NCBI RefSeq assembly: GCF_000189295.2
Contig: NC_016803.1
Span: 3,090,001-3,122,000, forward strand
DNA length: 32,000 bases
Source: Pseudodesulfovibrio mercurii
GTDB lineage: Bacteria; Desulfobacterota; Desulfovibrionia; Desulfovibrionales; Desulfovibrionaceae
Direction: 5' to 3'
Shown: positions 1 through 11,142 of the stretch, in pieces
Position numbering within the stretch: the stretch's first letter is position 1
Layout of the letters: every line of letters begins with the position of its first letter
Translations under genes and position numbers: made by a program
Notes under the pieces: model-generated
What the model was told of the DNA's origin: nothing
The model's input: the letters and a program-made list of their open reading frames with translations, nothing else
Databases searched by the model: none

Positions 1-2566
<2,566 letters not shown>

Positions 2567-2632
2567 AACAACTAATGGAATTCTCTCTTCCCCTATTTAC
2601 TTATATATTCGAACTTCCAAGTTCACCAAATT

Positions 2633-2750
2633 TTCTTGGTGGCCAAGGAGGAGGGGGTACACCCGGTCCCATTCCGAACCCGGTAGTTAAGCCCTCCATC
2701 GCCGATGATACTGCATGGTAGCGTGTGGGAAAGTAGGTCGCCGCCAAGGA
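2633..2750 (+). rRNA. rrf: 5S rRNA
   Basis: About 118 nt. Terminal helix ttcttggtggc / gccgccaagga. Internal ccgaac and gtagt...gggaa blocks typical of bacterial 5S. Lies about 67 nt after the 23S end. Confidence 0.93.
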
Positions 2751-2760
2751 ATATTTCCAA

Positions 2761-2796
2761 AGCCCCAGTCTCTGACTGGGGCTTTTTCTTTTTTAT
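2761..2796 (+). terminator. Intrinsic terminator closing the rRNA operon
   Basis: Perfect stem agccccagtc / gactggggct with a short loop, followed by ttttcttttttat. Confidence 0.85.
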
Positions 2797-2798
2797 CG

Positions 2799-2940
2799 AG
2801 CGGCTTCCGAGAGCGGGCCGCCCGCACCGTTTCCGAGGCGGCAGGCGATCCTCACGTATGGAGCAATACGCTGCGGTCGCCCGTCCCCCTCGGAAAATGC
2901 ACATCCGACCCACTCTCGAAAGCCTCGCTCCGTGCGGACG
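2799..2940 (+). repeat. Dispersed intergenic repeat family A, copy 1
   Basis: Aligns colinearly with 5522-5663, same orientation. My hand alignment gives 59/79 identities over the first 79 nt, including the exact 15-mer gcaatacgctgcggt. Further shared blocks: aaaatgcac, cccactctc, aagcct. Confidence 0.8.
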
Positions 2941-3137
2941 CGGGAGGAGAGAGCCGCTGTTGGTGCGCTATGCGCACCAAGGCGCTCCAGAGGGAAGGCT
3001 GGGGTTGCCCGCAACGGAGGGGCTGCCGGCGCTCGCGGTTGGGCGTTGTCCACCTTGCTTTTCGAGAGAGAACGTGCTTGACGGGCGGGTGGGGAATCAG
3101 CACTCTGTGCGGGCACTTTTCATTGAAGGAGATCACC

Positions 3138-3896
3138 ATGTTCACTCATGCCATTACCCGCCGTCCGGGACCCGAGATGGTCGACGGCATCACTTCGCAG
3201 AACTTGGGCAAGCCGGACTTCGAGTTGGCCCTGGAGCAGCACGACGCCTACTGCCGGACCCTGCGCGATCTGGGCCTGGACGTGACCGTGCTCGATGCCG
3301 CGCCGGGATTCCCGGACTGCTGTTTCGTGGAGGACACCGCCGTGGTCTGTGCGGAGGTCGCCGTGCTCACCCCGCTGGGCGCGCCGTCGCGCCAGGGCGA
3401 ACAGCTGACCATCGAGCCGGAGCTGGCCCGGCACAAGCCCGTGGTCCGCATCGTCCCGCCCGCGCTCATCGAGGGCGGTGACGTGCTCCTGGTGGACAAG
3501 ACCTTCTTCGTGGGGCTGTCCGACCGCACCAATGCCCAAGGCGCGGCCGCCCTGGCCGACGCGGTCCGGCCCCACGGCTACGACACCGTGGTCATCGCCT
3601 GCTGCCCCTCCCTGCACTTCAAGACTGACGTCAACTTCATCGGCAACGACACCATTCTGGTCTCGCCCTGCTGCGACTCCCTGCCCGAGCTGGCCCGCTT
3701 CCGGCACGTCGTGGTCGAGGACGACGAGGCCTATGCCCGCAACTGCCTGTACATCAACGGCACGGTCATCGTCCCGGCGGGCTTCCCCAAGACCCTGGCC
3801 AAGGTCCAGGCCACCGGGGTCAAGACCGTGGTCATCGACGTGTCCGAGTTCCGCAAGCTGGACGGCGGCCTGACCTGCCTGTCCCTGCGATTCTAG
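3138..3896 (+). CDS. Dimethylarginine dimethylaminohydrolase (DDAH)-like amidinotransferase-fold enzyme, 252 aa
   Basis: ATG at 3138 preceded by gaaggag (3125-3131). The track ORF from 2715 is a false extension through repeat A. C-terminus ...KLDGGLTCLSLRF carries the catalytic-Cys motif typical of DDAH/amidinotransferase enzymes. GC3-rich codon usage. Confidence 0.8.
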   Translation: MFTHAITRRPGPEMVDGITSQNLGKPDFELALEQHDAYCRTLRDLGLDVTVLDAAPGFPDCCFVEDTAVVCAEVAVLTPLGAPSRQGEQLTIEPELARHKPVVRIVPPALIEGGDVLLVDKTFFVGLSDRTNAQGAAALADAVRPHGYDTVVIACCPSLHFKTDVNFIGNDTILVSPCCDSLPELARFRHVVVEDDEAYARNCLYINGTVIVPAGFPKTLAKVQATGVKTVVIDVSEFRKLDGGLTCLSLRF

Positions 3897-3922
3897 GCAG
3901 CTCGCGGTCCTGTTCCGCAATG

Positions 3923-3960
3923 AAAAGGCCCCGGTTCATTCGAACCGGGGCCTTTTGTTT
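3923..3960. terminator. Bidirectional intrinsic terminator between convergent genes
   Basis: aaaa + ggccccggttc / gaaccggggcc (11-bp stem, loop attc) + ttttgttt. The A-tract and T-tract flank it, so it can act on both strands. Confidence 0.8.
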
Positions 3961-4048
3961 GCTCCTTCGCGGGTCGGCGGTCGGCGATGGAGGATGTCGA
4001 GACCGGGGAAGGGGAGAGGAGGTTGCCTCCCCCGGCCTCGGATGGGGT

Positions 4049-5437
4049 CTAGTATTGGGTCACGGGCTTGGGCAGGGTGAAGAGCCAGAGCTTGGAGGCG
4101 GTCTCGGAGGGCGAGAGCTCGATGTGCGTGTTCACGGGCTTGCCCTTGTATTTGACCTGGCCCGAACCGTCCACGGTGTAGGCGGCGGCCTTGGTCACGG
4201 GCTTGCCGTCCTCGTCGTTGACCGGGTCCACGACCTTGAAGGTGAAGCCGAAGTCGTTGTCCGAGGTCACGGCGATGGTGCGCATGTCGGGCAGCAGGGC
4301 CACACCCTCGGCCTTGGCGGGTTTCCAGCCGTACTCCTTGATGTCGAGGAGCCTCGTCTTTTGAACGTATTTCACGCCCAGCCCCTCCACGGCGCTGCGG
4401 TCGGCCAGGGTCTCAAGCTCCTTGCCGTCATTGGTCTTGACGTCCGAGATGTCCGTGGCCTGGGCCAGGTCGATGAGGTAGATGGGGATGCGGCCCTTGC
4501 CGTCCGCGTTCTTGCCCCGCTCCACCAGCAGGAATTTGCTGTCCGAGATGGCGTGCAGGTCGCCGATCATGGCGTGGGCGGACTGGGCGTAGTTCCGGAT
4601 GTCGTGCGGGTAGGCGAACTGCTCGACCTTGCCGGTGGCCGGGTCGAGGAGCACCAGGCGGATGAAGGTGGCCTTGGACTTCTTGATGTTGCCGTCCACG
4701 TCGCAGACCGACTGGACGGCGGCCAGGACCTTGCCGCCGGGGGTCACGGCGATGCCCTCCATGCCCCGGTTGGGCTGGCGGGTGGTGACGATCATGGGCA
4801 ACTCCTTACCCGGCACGAACTTCTTGACGATCCTGCCGGTGTAGCCGTCGATCTTGGCGATGAACGGGCCGTACTCGTCACAGATCCACAGGTAGCGCTT
4901 GTCCTTGCTGTCGATGGCGATGCCCTCGGTGTCCAGCCCCTCGGGATCGAAGGGCAGCCGCTTCAGGACGTCGTCCAGGGGCACTTCGCCGGTGGCTCCC
5001 ACGGAGCCGATGGGGATGGCCCTGCCCGACACGGGGCGGCCCTTCTCGTCCTTGATGGTGATCAGGGAGGCGAGCACGGCGTGGCCGTCCTTGACGCGCA
5101 CCGCCCCGAAGGAGGGCGCGAAGTTCGGGGCCGGGAACATCTTGCTGGCCGTGGCCTTGCCGTTCAGCTCGAACTTGGGCGCGTCGGCGTTGGGGCCACG
5201 GTCGGTGATGGCGTAGAACACGCGCGCACCGTCGGCGGCGCGGCCCACGTAGGTCATGCCCGAGCCCACGCCGATGGTGAACCCGCCTGGGAACCGGTCG
5301 GCGTATTGGCCCGTGTAGGGGACCATGAATTCCTTGGGAATTTCGATGTCGTATTTCTCCACGGTGACATCCGCGGCCCAGACGGTCTGGACGGCGGAGG
5401 CCAGGAGCAAGGCGGACAGAATGAGAGAGCGCAGCAT
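4049..5437 (-). CDS. Secreted phytase-like esterase family protein (PF13449-like), 462 aa
   Basis: AGGAGG SD before the ATG at 5437. Signal peptide MLRSLILSALLLASAVQTVWA/AD. Recurrent EGIA/EGVA motifs (DTEGIAID, MEGIAVTP, AEGVALLP) as remembered for the phytase-like beta-propeller family. The family name is from memory. Confidence 0.6.
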   Translation of the reverse strand: MLRSLILSALLLASAVQTVWAADVTVEKYDIEIPKEFMVPYTGQYADRFPGGFTIGVGSGMTYVGRAADGARVFYAITDRGPNADAPKFELNGKATASKMFPAPNFAPSFGAVRVKDGHAVLASLITIKDEKGRPVSGRAIPIGSVGATGEVPLDDVLKRLPFDPEGLDTEGIAIDSKDKRYLWICDEYGPFIAKIDGYTGRIVKKFVPGKELPMIVTTRQPNRGMEGIAVTPGGKVLAAVQSVCDVDGNIKKSKATFIRLVLLDPATGKVEQFAYPHDIRNYAQSAHAMIGDLHAISDSKFLLVERGKNADGKGRIPIYLIDLAQATDISDVKTNDGKELETLADRSAVEGLGVKYVQKTRLLDIKEYGWKPAKAEGVALLPDMRTIAVTSDNDFGFTFKVVDPVNDEDGKPVTKAAAYTVDGSGQVKYKGKPVNTHIELSPSETASKLWLFTLPKPVTQY

Positions 5438-5521
5438 GGAATGCCTCCTGATGAATTTTGCATCTTATAAGGAATGTCCGAGAAACAGTTGTTTCAGGGG
5501 GGTGGCATTTCTGTAACGTCT

Positions 5522-5663
5522 AGCGGCTTGCGATAGCGGGCCATCCGCGCATTTTTCCCGGCGCGCTTTCATCCTCGCGTATGCCGCAATACGCTGCGGT
5601 GAAAGCCCGTCAAAAGAAAATGCACGCTGCCCCACTCTCTCCCAAGCCTGTCCCACGGCCGGG
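5522..5663 (+). repeat. Dispersed intergenic repeat family A, copy 2
   Basis: See copy 1. Lies in the 470-bp gap between the asmA 3' end and the phytase-like gene start. Weaker similarity may continue downstream (ggctgccg..cgcgg block at about 5676 versus about 3021). Confidence 0.8.
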
Positions 5664-5790
5664 GGGGTATAAAAAGGCTGCCGTCTAACGCGGAAAGTCG
5701 GGCAACCTGCGCGGTGAAGTGGAGTGAGATCGTTCGGGAGGATGGGGGCGGAGCGGAATAGGGCAGAGGGGGCGGTCCATCGTGTGCCTG

Positions 5791-5902
5791 CCCCGCGAAG
5801 CGGAACCAAAAGGTTTGGGAAGGGAGAGGGGATGGGGGAGCCGGAGGGCGGGGAGAGGGAGAACCCTTTTCAAAGGGTTTCCCTCTCCCCGGCCGCCGGA
5901 GG
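5791..5902 (-). repeat. Repeat family B, copy 1: hairpin-containing element abutting the asmA stop codon
   Basis: The reverse complement of 15267-15383 aligns along the whole length. Exact shared blocks: ccccgcgaagcgg (13 nt), ggggatggggg (11 nt), ccccggccgccggagg (16 nt). A central long hairpin sits at 5850-5890 (ggggagagggagaaccctt / aagggtttccctctcccc). Confidence 0.8.
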
Positions 5903-5909
5903 CAAGCGC

Positions 5910-7970
5910 TTACTGGAACAGCTTCTTGAGCGGGTTCACGGGCTTGTCCGTGGTCTTGGTGTCGGTGGTGGTGCCGGTGGAGCCGGAGGTCTTGGAGCCG
6001 CCCAGGAGGTCCTGCTTGAGGGTCTTCTCGATGCCCTTGGCGCCCTCCTTGAACGTACCCTTGAACAGGGCCTCGCCCATGGCCTTGAGGTCCAGGGAGA
6101 TGGACGGGTCGTCCAGGCTGCCCTTGACGTTGACGGGCAGGGGAAGCCCCTTGAGATCCTCGATGGACTTGCCGTCCTGGCCCTCCAGGGTGCCGACCAC
6201 GGTGACCGTGGCCGTGTAGTCCGTGGTGTTCTTGGGCAGGTCGGCCCAGCCCTGGCCGGTGACGCGCAGCAGCGGGGACTTCATGAGCAGGTCCTTGTTG
6301 ACGATGTGCCCGTTGGTCAGGGTGGCGGAGCCGAGCAGCTCGGCGAAGTCGGTCTTGGCCGGTTCGTCGCCGCTCACGGCCTGGCCCTTGAGGCGGCTCC
6401 AGCCGTCGCGGAGCATCTTGGCCACGTTCACGCCGTGGATGGCCCCGTCGGTGAAGGCGAAGGAGGCGGTGCCGGTCACGGACTTCTTGATGTTGTCCGG
6501 GGTCAGGCCCGCGCCCTTGAGGTCGTACTGGGCGTTGGTCGTGCCGCTCAGCCGCTGCTTGCCGGTCAGGTCCTTGAGCAGCGGCCCGGCCTGGACGTTC
6601 TTGAGCTGGCCTGTTTCGGTCCAGCCCGCCACGGCCTGGTTGGCGTTGAGGGTGCCCTTGGCCGTGTAGGCGCCGTCATAGAGGTTCAGGGAGACCGGGT
6701 CGGCCGTGACCAGCCCGTTCTTCGCGGTGATCGCGGCCAGGATATCGGTGATGGTCAGGTTCATGACCTTGAGCTTGCCCACGGTCAGCCGGGCCTTGAG
6801 GTCCAGGTCCTTGAGCGCGCTCAGGTCGGGCTCGGCGGCCGGGGCCTGCGTGGCCTGGGCGGCGGGTGCGGCCTGCTTCGAGTCGGCGGATTCGGACTTG
6901 GGCGGCAGGTAGCGGTCCGCGTCGATGTCGTCCACGTTGGCGTTGAGGGTCACGGCGGGCTTCTTGAAGTTTTTGACTGCGCCCTCGGCCGTGAGCAGGG
7001 TCTGGTCCAGCTTGACGGTCAGGGACTCCAGGGTGGCCTGCGTGTCGGAACCGTTGACCTTGAGGTCGGCGGACAGGTTCTCCAGGACCTTGGGGTCGGC
7101 CGTTTCGGGCGGGGTCAGGCCGAGCTGTTTCATGAGCTCGCGAACCGAGGCCGGGGCCAGCTTGAGTTCGGCGGAGAACGAGGTGTCGTCGGCCTTGCTC
7201 TTGGCGAAGAGCAGGCCGGTCAGCTTGAGGTTGAGCAGGGAGAACTCCATGTCGTCCACCTCTATGCTGCCCGCCTCCTGGTCGAACCGGGCGAAGCCGA
7301 TCAGGACCGGGCGGGTGTCCACCTTGGGACTGTCGAGCTTGAGACGGAACTTGAGTTCGAAGGGGAAGCGGATCTTGTCGCCGACCGCGCCGATGATCAG
7401 GCTGAGGTCGTTGACGGTGGTCCTGGTGCCCGCCTGGCGGTCGTCGTAGACGATGTTGGCCCCGGTGATCTCCACGCCCTCGACGGACAGGGACGGGGCG
7501 GAGCCGGACTCGGCGGGGGATTCGGAGCCTGTGGCGGTCTCGGCCTCGGCCTTGCCCGCCTCGCCGCCCTTGGCCAGGTCGTCCCAGTTGGTCGCGCCCT
7601 GTTTGTTCCTGGCCAGGTTCAGGGTCAGGCCGTCCAGGACCACGGTGCCCACGGCCACGTCCCCCGAGAGCAGGGGCAGGAGCCGGATGGAGGCCTCGGC
7701 GCGGTTGATGCGGACCATCTCGTCGGGTGCGAAGCCCGGCGCGTTGCCGAGCGCCATGGGCCCGACCTTGAGCCCGAGCCAGGGGAAGAAGTTGAAGCCG
7801 ATGTCGCCTTCGAATTTCAGCTCACGGCCGGTGCGATCCTTGACCGCCTGGGATATCTGGACCTTGTAGTCGTTGGGATCGACGACCAGCACCAGGACGA
7901 TGCAGGCGGTCACGAACAGGGCCGCCAGGGCCCCGACGACGATCAGGCTGATCTTGAGGGTCTTGTTCAT
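5910..7970 (-). CDS. asmA: AsmA family outer-membrane biogenesis protein, 686 aa
   Basis: AGGAG SD. N-terminal membrane anchor MNKTLKISLIVVGALAALFVTACIVLVLVV followed by DPNDYK.. and ..FEGDIGFNFFPWLGLKV, the family-typical AsmA N-terminus. Long repetitive beta-rich body. Confidence 0.8.
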   Translation of the reverse strand: MNKTLKISLIVVGALAALFVTACIVLVLVVDPNDYKVQISQAVKDRTGRELKFEGDIGFNFFPWLGLKVGPMALGNAPGFAPDEMVRINRAEASIRLLPLLSGDVAVGTVVLDGLTLNLARNKQGATNWDDLAKGGEAGKAEAETATGSESPAESGSAPSLSVEGVEITGANIVYDDRQAGTRTTVNDLSLIIGAVGDKIRFPFELKFRLKLDSPKVDTRPVLIGFARFDQEAGSIEVDDMEFSLLNLKLTGLLFAKSKADDTSFSAELKLAPASVRELMKQLGLTPPETADPKVLENLSADLKVNGSDTQATLESLTVKLDQTLLTAEGAVKNFKKPAVTLNANVDDIDADRYLPPKSESADSKQAAPAAQATQAPAAEPDLSALKDLDLKARLTVGKLKVMNLTITDILAAITAKNGLVTADPVSLNLYDGAYTAKGTLNANQAVAGWTETGQLKNVQAGPLLKDLTGKQRLSGTTNAQYDLKGAGLTPDNIKKSVTGTASFAFTDGAIHGVNVAKMLRDGWSRLKGQAVSGDEPAKTDFAELLGSATLTNGHIVNKDLLMKSPLLRVTGQGWADLPKNTTDYTATVTVVGTLEGQDGKSIEDLKGLPLPVNVKGSLDDPSISLDLKAMGEALFKGTFKEGAKGIEKTLKQDLLGGSKTSGSTGTTTDTKTTDKPVNPLKKLFQ

Positions 7971-7980
7971 GGTTTCGCTC

Positions 7981-8685
7981 CTAGAAGACTTTTTGCAGAA
8001 GTTCGCTGGTGGCCGTGATGTCGCCCGAGCGAACGCCCTTTTCGGTCTGGGCCATGTACAGGAACATGGAGTCCAGGGTCTTGTCGGTCAGGTAGTCCAC
8101 CGGGTCGAAGGCGGTGCCGGTCAGGGAGGAGAGCTGCTGCACGGCGCTGACCGCGCTGCCGGCCCCGGCCTTTTCCAGGGCGGCCTGGATCAGCGGGGCC
8201 GCGTTTTTGGCCAGATCGGACCGGGCGCTCTCCTCGAAATAGCTGGTCACGGCGTCGCTCTTGCCCGAGAGCAGGCCGGTGGGGTTGGCGAACTCCATGC
8301 TCTTGATGGTCTTCTGGAAGAGCTCGCCCACGGCCGGGACGGCCGCCTCGGCCGCGGAGTTCAGGTTGGCCAGCAGGTTCGGGGCCACGGTCTCGGCAAC
8401 CTTCTGGTAACTGTCCGGCAGGGACAGGGACGTGGCCGCCAGCTTGGAGAAGCCGCCGTCCTGGGACAGGGATTCCACGGCGGAATCCGCGCCCATGGAG
8501 AGCAGTTCGCGGAAGGCGGTCTCGATCTGGGACGGGGTCACGGACAACCCCGCGGCCTTGGCCCCGGCGTCTCCGGCCGCCTTGAGGGCGTCGCCCCATC
8601 CGGCCGAGGCGGGCGCGGCGGTCAGGAGGCAGGAAAGCACGAGCAGCAGGGTGAGCAGGGGGGCGGCATTGTATTTGACGGACAT
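7981..8685 (-). CDS. Secreted protein, probably DUF4197 family, 234 aa
   Basis: GGAG SD. Signal peptide ...LLTAAPASA/GW. Its stop lies 10 nt upstream of the asmA start, so it is likely co-transcribed. The family name is recalled from size and composition, not verified. Confidence 0.6.
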   Translation of the reverse strand: MSVKYNAAPLLTLLLVLSCLLTAAPASAGWGDALKAAGDAGAKAAGLSVTPSQIETAFRELLSMGADSAVESLSQDGGFSKLAATSLSLPDSYQKVAETVAPNLLANLNSAAEAAVPAVGELFQKTIKSMEFANPTGLLSGKSDAVTSYFEESARSDLAKNAAPLIQAALEKAGAGSAVSAVQQLSSLTGTAFDPVDYLTDKTLDSMFLYMAQTEKGVRSGDITATSELLQKVF

Positions 8686-8887
8686 GACGAACTCCGGTTT
8701 GCAGGGGTAATGGACAGGTTGAACGATAGCACTCGACGGCCGTTCTGCCTAGGGGGCGGGACGAATTTCGGCACTGTGCACGCGCGCCGGTCCGGGGGCG
8801 GACCGGCGCGCGATCATTCGATGAAGGCGGTATGAGGCGGATATAACACGGAGAAGGAGGCGGATCGTACCGAGGTCGATCCCGCGC

Positions 8888-9916
8888 TTATTCCTGCATG
8901 GCCAGACCCTTGAGCAGGCCGAAGCAGCCGGCCAGCATCATGTCGCCGCCCGGTGAGGGGAATTCCACGTCGTACCCATTGAGCATGCCCCGGCGCGGGC
9001 CGATGACGAAGGTGGGCGTGAAACCCTCGGCCGCGGCGGGCAGGTCCAGGCATAGGCAGCCGTGCCCCTTCTCGTCGAAGACCTGCTCGAAGGACAGGCA
9101 GCCGCAGCGGAACGCGGCCAGGTCGGCCCACAGCTTCTCGCCGTTCACGCAGCCGGTGTGCTGTTCGTAGACCCCGTGGATGCGCCCGTTGAAGAGCAGG
9201 AAGGCGATCAGGTGCGAGTTGCCGATGTTGACCAGGGTGATGCCGCGCGTAAAGCTCAGGCGTTCGATCTCGTCCACGTAGAGCGCGCCGAGCACGGCGG
9301 CCGCGCCGGTGTCGGCCACGGGCCCGCCGCCGATGTCACGTTGCAGGTCCTTGAGCCGGGTAAGCATGGTGGGCGGGGTCTGGTAGACCAGGGCCTCGGG
9401 GCGGCCTTCGCCGTCGTGGAGCAGGGTCTGCCACAGCTTGAACCGGCCCAGGCGGTTGGACTTGCCGGGGTGGAAGCCGTGGTCCTGGGCGCAGGCCGCG
9501 ATGCGGTCGGGCCAGGGCAGTTCGGCGGCGTCCAGGAAGCGGCGCCACCAGGCCTCGTCGAAGTCGGTGAAGCGCACCGGGACGTAGCCGTCCGGGCAGG
9601 TGTCGGTCAGCTCGATGCCCATGCCGGTGACGCGCGTCAGGTCGTCGGCCATGGTGTAGGCGGCGCTCTCGGAGGCGGCCACCTTGAGCCCGGCCTTGAG
9701 GTGGGCGTTGACGAAGCGGGTCACGCCGCCGCCCATGTTGCTGCCGTGCAGCCAGACGGGCTTTTTGGCCATGCGCAGGGGCTCCATGCGGCGGCCGATC
9801 TGCAGGGCCGGGGAGGGGATGACGAATTTGGGACAGTTCTCGATCTCCCTGTCCGGGTAGTGGAGCAGCACGTCCTGGGTGCCGCTGCCGATGTCGAGGC
9901 AGAGTGTGGTTGTCAC
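8888..9916 (-). CDS. DUF1786-like ASKHA-fold (actin/sugar-kinase-like) protein, 342 aa
   Basis: GTG start at 9916 preceded by aaaggag, which I prefer over the track ATG at 9994. N-terminus TTTLCLDIGSGTQDVL is a phosphate-1-type DxGxxT motif. VNIGNSHLIAF is a second nucleotide-binding-like motif. Confidence 0.6.
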   Translation of the reverse strand: MTTTLCLDIGSGTQDVLLHYPDREIENCPKFVIPSPALQIGRRMEPLRMAKKPVWLHGSNMGGGVTRFVNAHLKAGLKVAASESAAYTMADDLTRVTGMGIELTDTCPDGYVPVRFTDFDEAWWRRFLDAAELPWPDRIAACAQDHGFHPGKSNRLGRFKLWQTLLHDGEGRPEALVYQTPPTMLTRLKDLQRDIGGGPVADTGAAAVLGALYVDEIERLSFTRGITLVNIGNSHLIAFLLFNGRIHGVYEQHTGCVNGEKLWADLAAFRCGCLSFEQVFDEKGHGCLCLDLPAAAEGFTPTFVIGPRRGMLNGYDVEFPSPGGDMMLAGCFGLLKGLAMQE

Positions 9917-10042
9917 GAAAATGCTCCTTTTGATGTCCGGCCTAGGTACACCGTGCCGGGGCCCGGCGCAAGGGCATGCGCCCTGCCTGGTCACGGGGAT
10001 GGGCCGGGTTGACAGCGGACAGGGCGGACGTCATGGTGCGGC

Positions 10043-10885
10043 ATGCCCGTCAAAGTCTTCTGCTACGTCCTCCTGGGCCTGGCCCTGTTCACCCTGCTGC
10101 GCTACGGCATCTTCCTGCTTTCCAACGCCCTGGCCGGGCGGCTCGGGCTCATCCGCGAGGAGACCGGCGGCCTGGGCGCGGCCGTGGCGCGCGGCGTGGT
10201 CACGGCCATGGCCGCCGACGTGGTCGCCCTGCCGAGCATCCTCTTCCTGGCCCTGCCCGAGCGGGCCGCCTCGCGCACGGGCACGCCCGTGCTCATGGTC
10301 CACGGCCTGTACCACAACCGCACGGCCTGGCTGGTCATGGCCCGCAGGCTGCGCCGGGCCGGGTTCCGCAACCTGCACACCTACGGCTACAACAGCTTCA
10401 CCAGGGACTTCGACCACGCCCTGGCCGGGCTCAAGGACAGGCTGGACGCGATCCTGGGCGACGCCCCGGACGGCGGGGTCATCCTCATCGGTCACAGCCT
10501 GGGCGGGCTGCTCTGCCGCTGCGCCGCTGGCGACCCCCGGTTCCGCGACCGGGTGGCCGCGCTGGTCACCCTGGGCTCGCCCCACGGGGGCAGCGAGCTG
10601 GCCTGGCTGGGCGGCAACCGCATGGCCCGGGGGCTCATTCCGGGCCGGGACATCACCGAGGCCGTGGCCGAAGCCCCGGACCCGGACTGCCCCAAGCTGG
10701 CGGTCTACACCATGGCCGACGACTACGTCATCCCGCTCGACCTTCTGCGCACCGGTCGGCCCGGCTGGCGGGAGCGCGTCTGCGCCCCCATGGGCCACGT
10801 CTGGATGCTCTACTCCCCGGAGGTGGCCGACATGGTCATCGACTTCCTGCGCCCGCTCAGGGACGCGGGAACAGACGAGGGCTAG
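10043..10885 (+). CDS. Membrane-anchored alpha/beta hydrolase (lipase/esterase-like), 280 aa
   Basis: N-terminal TM segment VFCYVLLGLALFTLLRYGIFLL. Nucleophile elbow GHSLGG. HG oxyanion motif MVHGLYHN. Divergent from the DUF1786 gene. Confidence 0.75.
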   Translation: MPVKVFCYVLLGLALFTLLRYGIFLLSNALAGRLGLIREETGGLGAAVARGVVTAMAADVVALPSILFLALPERAASRTGTPVLMVHGLYHNRTAWLVMARRLRRAGFRNLHTYGYNSFTRDFDHALAGLKDRLDAILGDAPDGGVILIGHSLGGLLCRCAAGDPRFRDRVAALVTLGSPHGGSELAWLGGNRMARGLIPGRDITEAVAEAPDPDCPKLAVYTMADDYVIPLDLLRTGRPGWRERVCAPMGHVWMLYSPEVADMVIDFLRPLRDAGTDEG

Positions 10886-10943
10886 GCGCCCCCCACACAA
10901 AAAAAAGAACCATCCCTTTTACTCACTGGCGGAAAAATCAAAC

Positions 10944-11063
10944 GTTGAAAGCCGCTTCGCGGCGCAAGTCGGATGATTTCGCCTCCGGCGGGCGAGGACT
11001 CGCGCCCCTGCATCCCCCTTCAGCGCCTGCGACGCAATGTTTCATCGCCACGCGGCTTTCAAC
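10944..11063. repeat. 120-bp intergenic element bounded by perfect 12-bp inverted repeats
   Basis: gttgaaagccgc (10944-10955) and gcggctttcaac (11052-11063) are exact reverse complements. The element sits in the convergent intergenic gap. No internal ORF. Confidence 0.6.
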
Positions 11064-11091
11064 CGGCGAAAAGGGTCAACTCTATACGTCC

Positions 11092-11118
11092 AAAAAAAAG
11101 GGCCTCGAACGAGGCCCC
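11092..11118 (-). terminator. Intrinsic terminator of the cheX / HEAT-receiver operon
   Basis: On the minus strand: gggcct-cgttcg-aggccc followed by tttttttt, 25 nt after the stop at 11143. Confidence 0.7.
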
Positions 11119-11142
11119 TTGCACGGCTTTTCCGTCGGGTCG

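Noticed and set aside
2793-3116. Minus-strand ORFs over repeat family A (2793-3116 and 5465-5809) whose translations share a ...AFS..G..PQRIA.Y.R......GPLS.AAR peptide
   Set aside because: I was tempted to call a small paralogous gene. However, a 1-nt indel between the copies (after aaaatgcac) shifts the frame, so the upstream peptide similarity is not in a common frame. The translations are Arg/Pro-rich. Copy 1 would overlap the 5S terminator and the DDAH promoter. I treat both as noncoding repeats.
3920-5470. 516-aa plus-strand ORF
   Set aside because: It is exactly antisense to the well-supported phytase-like gene. Its G/D/H/V/L/R-rich low-complexity translation is typical of the stop-free antisense frame of GC3-rich genes. 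No SD.
5724-8018. 764-aa plus-strand ORF
   Set aside because: Antisense shadow of asmA, starting inside the intergenic repeats. Same compositional signature.
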